The position numbers and the translations under genes are program-made. A stretch of 51,349 nt of DNA, counting the filler, from Sphacelaria rigidula (Eukaryota), in the NCBI GenBank assembly GCA_964200075.2. It is 4 parts of 4 records of this genome, joined end to end, with 100 filler letters (N's around TTAATTAATTAA, not from the genome) between each part and the next. Parts side by side here need not be neighbours in the genome. Positions count along the whole stretch, not along the records: positions 1 to 12,765 come from CAXNAA020003436.1; 3 more parts are not named here. One strand, 5' to 3'. Shown here piece by piece: positions 1-9,116 of the stretch (its first letter is position 1; the number at the start of each line of letters is the position of its first letter). The notes beneath the pieces were generated by a model. The model made no database searches and was not told the DNA's origin. It worked only from the letters and a program-made list of their open reading frames with translations.

Positions 1-370
1 TCTCGCTTGTACAAAAAAGCAGTACTTTTTTTAGGGATATCCATCGCTGGTTTGTGAGCTATACCGGGTGGAATCGAGCCGGACTGGGATGAGAAGGTAG
101 CTTCAGATACATACTACAGCCGCGTATCGCTTTAGTCGCTCTATTATCTTCTGTACACTTCTTAGACTCCGCCGCGTCTTCATTTGGGGGTGGTGGTGGG
201 AAACGTGACACTAACCCCCGGCGAAACACTGTGAAGTAGAGTAGGCGAGACACATGATCTACGGACTGGATTAGACTTTGCCCTGCCCCGGACGAAATCG
301 AGCACAGAAGCACACGAAGGAAGCAGAGCGAAATCGTCCCTGCTAGCCAACAGATGCAATAGCAATACAC

Positions 371-910
371 CCTTCCTCGCTCACCGCCATCGTCAGAATC
401 ACTGAGCAGGTCTACTACCCCCGCCCGTTCGCCATCGCCCGATGTCGTCGCCGATACGAATCCGTCTTTCCCGCCGCCACCGCCGCCGATTGCCGAAAAC
501 GCGCCTGCCACAGCAACGTTTCTGCTGCTGCTGCTGCTACTGCTACTATTACCGGCGGCAGAACATGCGTTGGTCGTGCTTCTCTTCCCTTTGCCTTTCG
601 TGTTGTTGGCGGCCGTGGCGCTGCCACAGTTATTGCTTGGTCGCATGTCAAAATCCTCATCCTCGCTGCTGCAGCCCTTCTCCAATTCAAATCCCGGGGT
701 TGATTTCGATGATGGTCCCTGTGCATCGCGAGGTGGGGATAACGAAGAAGAAAGGGATAAGATGGCGCTGCTGGTACATGTTGCAGAAGGGAGTGGAGGT
801 GTGCGGCGGCTTCCTCTTGAGGTGGCGACGTTGGTATGCCGCTGCGGTGGCGGTGGCGTTGGGGCTGTCAGGTCAAGCACTTCAACACCGTCGGAGGAGT
901 AGTCGCTCAT
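371..910 (-). CDS. First coding exon of an unknown, probably nuclear, low-complexity protein with SIM-like motifs; the gene continues off the contig
   Basis: ATG at 910 opens a 180-codon frame MSDYSSDGVEVLDLT...VVDLLSDSDDGGERGR that ends at a GT donor (AGG|gtgtat, 370-369). The composition is GC-rich and Ser/Gly-rich. The ORF read-through beyond 370 looks intronic. Confidence 0.65.
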
Positions 911-1912
911 GGTTGCTGAATGCCGTTGCTGTGTACTTCAGCTGCGATCTGAGCGGGCTTGCTGACTGATGAAACACTACAACTTTGAAGAATATTCAGG
1001 TAGCCTCTTTCACCGCGCGAAATGCCAGTGTCCGGCCAAGTGAAGTTCACGTGGAAAACTAGAGCCAGCATACGGCATACATGGATAGCAGCCCAAGCTA
1101 CAAAGACTGCGGAGGAGTACATACTTCTTCTAGTTTTTCACCAACACCGTGTTCTGAGAATTTCAGATCCGCAGTCAATTTTTTCAGAGTAAAAGTTGTT
1201 GTTCTGTGGAAACAGTGACGAAATGTGAGAGGGGGTTGTATTACTGTTACGTGAAAGGGAAAACCCCTCGTGTTGCACGCTCTAGCAGTATACAAGTTTT
1301 TTGAAACGTATGGTAGCTACTAAGTACTCAATGAACTAAAAATATCTAGAGCTGTTGTACAGCAACAGTTGTCGTTTTACAGTATCCTTACGAGTGACGA
1401 CGTACTTTACTGGTACGACTTACGACGTGCTATACAGTTCTGGTGCTCAGTGCCCTGGTTTGTACTGTACAGTAGTACAGACCGCCGTACAAAAGTAGTA
1501 CAGAGTGTAAATAGAATATGTTGTATCAGTACGGAGGTACTCTGCACACAGATCTGTTTTACATTTGGAAACAAGATAAAAATGGACTATGTTGATATCT
1601 CCGTTTTTAAGGGGTCTTAGTTAGACCGAGTGTCAGATCACTGCTGCGAGCAGGCGGCACCCCTTGAAATTTCGACTAGCAGTCGTAATCATCACGCCAT
1701 CACCCCACACCTCCATTGTACTGTACCGTATTGTTGATTACGCAAGCACATCACGATTTGGGGTTCTTGCCTGAAAGGGAAAGAATACCCAGACAGGCCA
1801 CAGGCGGATACTTGGCGAAGTACTGTGGTGATCTGATCGTAAACTGTTCTACATTAGGTTTCCTGACAGCACACGTACAGTTCTGTCTGTTTTAACGGGT
1901 GGTACAACAGCG
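911..1912. promoter_or_regulatory. Intergenic region of about 1 kb between divergent start codons; putative bidirectional promoter and 5' UTRs
   Basis: Lies between ATG 910 (-) and ATG 1913 (+) and is more AT-rich than either exon. Inferred from position only. Confidence 0.4.
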
Positions 1913-2102
1913 ATGCTGGGTCACCATCACAGCGACGACGTACCCATGAGCTACGTACAAGATGAGTCGTTCGATGAGGGTATTAGCTTCACAAGAATAC
2001 CTTCGGGAAGTGGTGGTGGTGGCGACGGGGAGCAGGATGTCCAGAGGCTGTGGAAGCTATTGGAGAAGAAGGATGCTGACCTACAAAAGGCAGCTCGACT
2101 CG
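1913..2102 (+). CDS. First coding exon of a coiled-coil protein ending in a CC1-box-like motif (LEKKDADLQKAARLG)
   Basis: ATG 1913, 63 codons plus 1 nt, then donor CG|gtgggt at 2103. The peptide DVQRLWKLLEKKDADLQKAARLG is amphipathic. Downstream exons were not identified. Confidence 0.6.
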
Positions 2103-3706
2103 GTGGGTGTATGTGGGGTGATGTAGTGTCTGCCGTTTCTGTGCTGATGTACTATGGAGAGAGCATAGGTTTCAGGTTTCGGCCCGATCATCTTCAAGCC
2201 CCTTCGGCTTCCGTGTGTGTTATACTGTACTGTACAGCAGCAGCCCGAGAAGCGGATAAGAGGCCCCGTGTGTCATCAATGCGAGTATGAGATGTGTCTT
2301 GATCGAAAACGCTGAAGGGCACAAACAGCAGCCAAAGCTGTGTGATGGGTTGACGACGCCGTGTGTCCATTCGAGCAAAGGTCGACAGCGGTGCGCTTTT
2401 CTTGTACATACAAGTATTGTGGCGAACGCACGTCGCTAGTTTACCCATGGCCTGTATGTTTGGCAGGAAAGGCCACTCGGGCTGGTTTTACTTATACTGA
2501 CGGTTGTGACTGCATTCTGTACGTAACTGGCTCCAGTCTACTCTCTGACAGAGGAGCGCTAGGTCATGGGGACAACTATCAACCTCTCTTGTGGCGTGTT
2601 GCAGAGCTGCTGATGCGATGACGGCCTGTAGTACAGACGTTACATAGTGATTTTTTGTCCCTCTCGTCAATTATCGGTCAGCCGTAGCGCCTAGTTCATT
2701 TTGTCGCTTCTCTTCCTGCTAACCCTAATCCTGCAACCGGTGAGGGCAGAGGGGGGGGGGGGGATGAAACGGTGATGAAACATGGTGGAAGATATCTATA
2801 TCTGAAACGACTTTTCCCAGGACGACACCTCATGTGTTTTCAATGGCCCATCGTATCCATCACGGCGAATACTCAAGACCCCGCCAACATCGGGCGTGTC
2901 TTGGGGTGATGATGACCCCGCCCATTTCTGTGCGAGAGACACCTTCCACGGCCTTTACTAATTGTTTTGTTCTACTGCACTGCGGTATACCTACCGTACT
3001 GTACTCAGTGAGTACAGTACTGCTGTTGAACGCTAAAACAACTTCTCAGGGACAGAGTCTGGTACTGTCTGACCGGACGGTCTGAACACCGTGCTACATA
3101 CTCTGCTGCTATACTACTACCTTGCACTGCACCATCATCGTGAAGGCTAATTGATTCGACGAGACCTTCGAAAGAAAGAGCCGCGCTCATCTCCAGAAGC
3201 AGCAGTCCAATCGGCCTTCGACTGGTCCCCTTTCTCGTATCAAAACTGCGAAACTTCAGGGCTAGCCGCACTTAATTATTCCGAAAAGTGCAGCCTGATA
3301 AATGCTCCAGTTACGCCCGTTTCTAGACAACACACATTTCTGAGAAAACAGCTATCCAAAATCGGTATATTTTGCTAGAGAATTGGTTTTCGCGGTCATC
3401 TCGCCTGGAAAAGCAAGGGCTATTTCGGATAACTTGGAACTTCGTTTGGAATAGATTTGATCGAAACGCCTCCCACCAACCACGCCGCAGCAAACTCATG
3501 GATAGACGAGCTGGCCAGCCGAGAATCTAATCTGCAGTTTGCAGGCTGTTTGGCAGCTCAGTTTTGACAGGCCTTTGGTAATCCTCCGATGGCCTCCAGG
3601 GGTTTTTCAGGGGTCATCCTTGTGCCCCCTGCGAGGGGCAATTTTGCCCCATACGCCTCGCGGCGCGGTGTGCAGCAACCTCGCCGTTGCCGCATATATG
3701 GCCTCC

Positions 3707-4398
3707 TACGAGCTGGTTCATGTCCATCACCCAAAATACACTCATCGGCGAAACCTCACGCCGTTTTCAGGAGTTAGACCCTCAAAATTTTGCGCAAATG
3801 TTCCATGGATCATTACCCAACCTTCAGAGGTCGATTTTTTTTTGCTTTTCGAGTTTTTCATCGTTGTTCGGGGGTCCCATCTATATAGGGAAACTTCAAT
3901 TCAGTCGGACCTTCGTAAAACGGTAAATAATAAAACTAAGAAAACCTCCTTCATCCAAAGTTGTGTAATTACCCATAGCACAGTTGTGCAAAATTACAGG
4001 GTCTTACTCCTTAAAACGGCATGAGGTTTTCGCATTTGTGCGATGAACTTTGTCGTGCCACGGTGAAACCGTAAACTACTTGATTTTAGTACAAAAATGG
4101 CGTTTTGGGGCCTTCTTTGATGTGAACATGAAAAGTCAAGCATCAGTGATTCGATTTTTGCCACGAATTTTTGTGGGACCCTTCCCTGGGTTATGCGGCG
4201 AAAAAATGAAAAAAATCGCAGTGCCGGTTTTCCGGTTTTCCGGGGTCCCAAAATGGAGACTACTTCGAAAAAACAAGTTGGATCCCGTCGGACCCCCGGA
4301 AAATGGTGGAAAAGTCACAGAGTGAAAAGACCTCGTCCATCGAAACTTGCGTAATGATTCATGGCACATTTTTGCAAACTTCTACGGTCTAGCTCGTA
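3707..4398. mobile_element. MITE of the TA-CGAGCT terminal family (Tc1/mariner-like, non-autonomous)
   Basis: Starts TACGAGCTGG and ends CTAGCTCGTA. The interior is AT-rich and non-coding. Same termini as 5592-6191, 7269-7990 and 42852-44029. Confidence 0.55.
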
Positions 4399-4556
4399 AT
4401 GACTGCCTGAACGTTTGCGCGTTCGTGCGAAGACTTCAGCTCAAAACCTGCAATTCCTAACTACTTGGTTTCAGCATGAAAACGCCTTTGGGGGGGAAGT
4501 TTACGTCATGGCAACGAAAACTAGATGATTTTTTCGATTTTCTGGACCAAACTTGA

Positions 4557-4654
4557 CCCGTCGACCGCGAGGGTAGTATATCTAGACCATGCATACTTTT
4601 TTCGCGTGAAATTGATGCCGATTCAACAGATGAGCTACTCTCCCTGTCTAAGGG
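4557..4654. mobile_element. Degenerate 98-bp piggyBac-like MITE
   Basis: TTGA-CCCGTCGACCGCGA...TGTCTAAGGG-TCAA, with the interior ATGCATACTT...GAAATTGATGCCGATTCAACAGA shared with 7873-7970. Confidence 0.65.
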
Positions 4655-4763
4655 TCAAGCATCTTCTTTCATGGTAGGGTGAGCAACCGTCTTGCGTACA
4701 CCCACATGGACAGTACAGGCGAAGAATGCCGTATTTCCTGTTCACATCGTACTGTACAAAGCA

Positions 4764-4769
4764 CGCGCG

Positions 4770-4819
<50 letters not shown>
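4764..4819. repeat. Compound (CG)n(CA)n microsatellite
   Basis: Directly visible alternating purine-pyrimidine tract. Confidence 0.95.
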
Positions 4820-4820
<1 letters not shown>

Positions 4821-5057
4821 TCAAGGAAGGCACACTGCATCCACAGTACGGACTGTGCGGTACACAAGCGACCAAGTACCGCTTCACGAATTTCACTGTC
4901 TCTCTTCGATCGAAAGCTCGAAAGTTCGCTTGAACCCAACTAGAGAAAAATGAGCGAATTCCGCTCAAGTATATTCCACCGCCCTTTGTCGACCGAAACA
5001 AGATGCGCCAAGGGTAATTTCGATCGAAAACTCATGTGCTAAGACAGGGCCTAAGAC

Positions 5058-5295
5058 ACGCCCTAACCCTAACCCTAAAACCCCAACCCGAAGCAAATCG
5101 AGAACCCTCGGGCGAGAGAGGTGCCTGCAGTGACCTGAGCAAAGTGTGCCTCGTGTTGGCTCGAATCAGCGCCGGTGCTTATGCTGCGCGAGCGGTTGCG
5201 ACTGTGAGCCCCACAAAGATCCGACTGTTGTATACGTGCGCGCACGGTGGAAGAACGCCTAATTCTGTGAGCCTCATAAAGATCCGAATATCTTG
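5058..5295 (+). repeat. Dispersed repeat carrying an internal telomere-like (CCCTAA)n tract
   Basis: CCCTAACCCTAACCCTAA is followed by CGAGAACCCTCGGGC...GCAAAGTGTGC...AAAGATCCGAATATC. The same blocks occur inverted at 30213-30415. Confidence 0.65.
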
Positions 5296-5591
5296 GCCGA
5301 GACCTAGTATAGCACTTTTCATGTGTTCCACAATCGCTCGTGTGCGCCGAGCTGAGGTAAGCTCTCCTCATTTTGTATGATAGATATTCCCGGAAATATT
5401 AGTAATAGCTCGAGGGCAGATCGAGTAGAGTATACTCAATTGCGGGGTATTTTGAGAGGCGTACTTGGGGTACTCAAAGTAGAGTGAAGTGTTGGGAGTT
5501 GTACCCAGAATATAACTGGAAAGCGATCCCTGAAACCCTACCCCCAATTCGTGTCCTTGAGGTACGACTTTCAAAATGCCCCGCAATTGAG

Positions 5592-6191
5592 TACGAGCTA
5601 GGCCAGCCAAGAACAGGCGTGAATCTCGCTCAGGCGACGCACGGCGCGATATTGGGAGTTGGACCCTGAAATTTTGACAGCAGCTTTTCATGATCGAAAT
5701 GCAGAAAATCACGGGTCCAGCAAATACAAAAACAAGAACTATGGGCATTTGAAATTTCAGCAGAAACAAGATAATGCCGTAAGTCCAGGAAAAAAAAGAG
5801 AATCTGCAGCTGGACTCGTGAAGTATCAGTTCCCGGGGGGCAGAAGGTCTTCCTGAAATTTCAGCTCCAGAGTCGTCGAATTGGGCCGTGCGTTCAACAT
5901 TTTCCGTGACGCTGCTGCACCCCTATAGATCAAGTGATGGGAGACTCCAATTATGGAGGTCATGAGTTCCAATCCTGACAGATCCTCTTTTTTTTTCGTC
6001 CGTCGTTAAGGTCATACATTATGCAGTATATTTTTTCATTTTTTTTTTTTAATTCAGCGGCGGTGCCGTGTGTCACCAGGTTGGTCTACACTCCACAGTG
6101 ATATTTTATGTTTACATCGGGTTCATTCGGGAAAATGGGGAAGCTGTGGCGTGAGCAAGTTTCAGCAGCTTTTAAGCTGGCCCAGCTCGTA
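5592..6191. mobile_element. MITE of about 600 bp, TA-flanked, TIR CGAGCT(A/G)GGCCAGC
   Basis: TACGAGCTAGGCCAGC...GCTGGCCCAGCTCGTA. About 330 bp at the left end and about 95 bp at the right end align with 7269-7990. Confidence 0.8.
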
Positions 6192-6535
6192 TACTCTACT
6201 CGACCTACCCTTGTAATAGTTCTTCTCTCAGGCAGCTTCTTGTGGCAAAAGGGAGTAAAGGTCTGGGAACTGCCTTTGTGTGCCTTCTTGTAGGAACCAC
6301 CGAATAAAAGGAGAAAATTTCCCAAGTTTCCGCTGAGGAATCACATTTTCACTTTTTGCGTCGTTTTAGATCATTTCTTACGGTGCGTACTGTTTGGGGG
6401 TCCTATTTTCCACTTTTGGGACCTTCGACACGGTTGGCCCCCAAGCAGGGAATATCGGCGCGCACCTTGAAATCAAGTAACAACTATTGTTTTAAACCAT
6501 TTGGTAATTTCTGTTTTGTTTTTTTTCCTCCAGCG

Positions 6536-6828
6536 GTTGCGCCGGTGGCTCGATTGGTCGCCTCGAAACCTGCTGAAGGTTGGGTCGTGCGTTCGAATTT
6601 CGGTGCCCTCGCACGATCTGGGATGTTTTCACACACCATGCCCAACAGTGGAAGGCGAAGATGTTGTGGGTACACAAAGTTTGACCGCCTGGTCGAAGAA
6701 GTTGTACGAGAAAAACTCCGGCGTTGACCTTCCTCCTGTGTGACTCCGGCTGATGCACCCATATATACGGAAAGGTGTAGACTAGCGTCCAGAATAGATG
6801 AGATGAAAACACAACACAAACACAACAC
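6536..6828 (+). mobile_element. tRNA-derived SINE (older copy)
   Basis: Degenerate A box (TGGCTCGATTGG) and B box (CGTTCGAATTT). The body and 3' end are colinear with 11751-12119, and it ends in a CA-rich tail. Confidence 0.7.
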
Positions 6829-7268
6829 GCGGTCCCCCCCAGTTGCGGAAACACGCCTCCACGCTGGGCAACCGTGGCTGAGGTTCCGCTGCGTTTTACT
6901 CGCTGTGACGCTGCGAACCCACTACAGCAGTACAGCGCTCCCAACTGAACAGTGATGATCTATAATAGCATGGCACACCCAAGCAGAGTGCAGTAGTCGC
7001 AGTGCCTTCATGCTTCCTGGAGATGCCGTGCTGTAGTTTCATGCTGAAGAGGTGACAATCGATCGAGAACATGACGGGCGGTGTTCGCGAAGGTACTGCT
7101 GACTGTGTGGATACAGCAAGCGGTTTGCTCGCAATTTCCTATTATGGCGCACACCTGCAACTATTAGACTGCGGTGTGCTGCCCTCGGCAGCAACAATGC
7201 AGACTGCAGCAGAATTTGCTCAGCGAAGTGCACGGTGGGCAATCGCGGTTGGCATTCTTGAAATACTG

Positions 7269-7990
7269 TACGAGCTGGGCCAGCCAAGAGTAGGCGCGAA
7301 CCTCGCTCAGGCGACGCACGGCGAGATATTGGGAGTTGGACGCTGAAATTTTGACAGCAGCTGGAATGCAAAAGATCAAGTGAGCAGCGAAGAAAAAAAA
7401 CGAAAAATAAGGAAGTTATGGGGATTCGAAATTTCAGAAGAAAAAAAAACAAGATATTGCCGTAAGTCCAGGAAAAAAACGAGAATCTGCAGCTGGAGTC
7501 GTGAAGCATCAGTTCCTTGGGTGCAGAAGGTCTCCCTAAAATTTCAGCTCAAGACTCGTCGAATTGGACCGTGCGTTCTACATTTTCCGTGACGCTGCTG
7601 TACCCCACTAATACCCAGTGCGGGGGGATTGCCGACGTGAACCCACCGCATGAAACAACCAAAACGCACTCCGACACGCTATCGCCCAACAATATCAGAC
7701 GCACCCCGTACTCTATGCAGTACAATAACGTCACCGGCAATACAACGCCAATCGAACGGCGACGTAATCCTTCGTCATCAGGTGGATCAGCAGTTCACAG
7801 TGATACGCTTACATCGGGTTCATTCGGGAAAGTGGGGAAGCTGTAGTGTGAGCAACTTTTAGCAGCTTTTAACCCTTAGACCGCGAGATTAGTCTTTCTG
7901 GATCATGCATACTTGTTCTCACTTGAAATTAATGCCGATTCAACAGAAGACTAACTTCGCGGTCTAAGGGTTAAGCTGGCCCAGCTCGTA
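7269..7990. mobile_element. MITE of the same family as 5592-6191, containing a nested piggyBac-like MITE
   Basis: Perfect TIR TACGAGCTGGGCCAGC / GCTGGCCCAGCTCGTA; direct repeat of 5592-6191. Confidence 0.82.
7873..7970. mobile_element. 98-bp piggyBac-like MITE with TTAA target-site duplication
   Basis: TTAA-CCCTTAGACCGCGA...TCGCGGTCTAAGGG-TTAA. The paralogous host copy has a single TTAA (6172-6175), which is the empty site. Confidence 0.88.
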
Positions 7991-8659
7991 GCACAAGGTA
8001 CCACCATAATAAAACCCGTAGATCTCTGCGTACCATCCCCTTATGGTGTAAAAAGCGAGGCCGTTGCCACTGAGCTCGTTTACATCACAAGTAGATTTAT
8101 CGGCAACCTTCGAACGACACAATATACGATTGGTTCTCGTCCGAACAGGCATTAAGAAATGACACGGTCGTTGATTTCATGAGTACTGCTGCGGCCCAAT
8201 ATTTTCCTTTTCTCGTACTCCGGTACGACAGTAGTTGACCAGGCGACTGCTGCAGTACCTTACCACTAGAACGGTAATTCACTACCGATGTCATCGAGCA
8301 CCCTCATAAATGATAGTTTGGGTCATATTAGTCCAATAACCAGGCAACAAAACCAAACGATTGTCGATTGCCCGACAAGTCATGCAATGAACAAAGTACG
8401 TCAAATCAAGGATCTGATGAAAACAAACACCAGTGAGTAACTCCACCGCAGGCGGTGAGGCGAGAGAACATGAGCCTTCCCAGAACGTCGAAAGTCATCA
8501 CTTTTGTAGGGATTCGCCGCAGAACTATCTGCCACACACCCAAATCTGCGCCATGCAGGTACAGCTGTGATAATCATGACCATCACACGTGAATAGCATC
8601 CTGTCCATGGTCCGGCGGTTGAGGCGCAAATTTTCGAGCTCGCTGAAGAGGGTCGCACA

Positions 8660-9075
8660 GGAACTAAACAGGTCTAGCGTCATATTTCGGAGAGAACTCT
8701 TGCAGTTGGGCTTTCTCGAGTTGTCCTGCTCGTGACAATTCAAGCCAACGCCCCAGGGCTGGGCAGGTGAAAAACCGACGTGAGGCTTTCTGCACTCGTC
8801 TCCGTGGTTAGCCTTGTGAGGCTCATCGGGTCCAAAATTCGTCCCCACGGTGAAACGTTGAATGGGTGCGGCTGCCGCCCAACCCCGGGGAATTCCTCCG
8901 TGTCGAAGTTGAACGAGATACCGAATCCCTGCAGCATGCCGTTCCCATCGGCGCACAACTCCGGAAGTCTGAAGGTAAAAATCACCTTTTGTTTTTATTA
9001 TTGTTAGTAGCAGTATTAATAGTAGTTGTAGTAGTAGTGGTGGTGGCACTAGTACTAACAGCAGCAGCAGTAGTA

Positions 9076-9116
<41 letters not shown>

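Noticed and set aside
442..969. Plus-strand ORFs with poly-Cys/Tyr
   Set aside because: They are antisense to the poly-Ser (AGC/AGT) tract of the minus-strand exon.
960..980. CTGATGA...GAAA hammerhead ribozyme core candidates (also near 8414 and 13227)
   Set aside because: No flanking stems I-III could be built.
4635..5001. ORFs with VCVCVC / HTHTHT runs
   Set aside because: They are translations of the (CA)n microsatellite.
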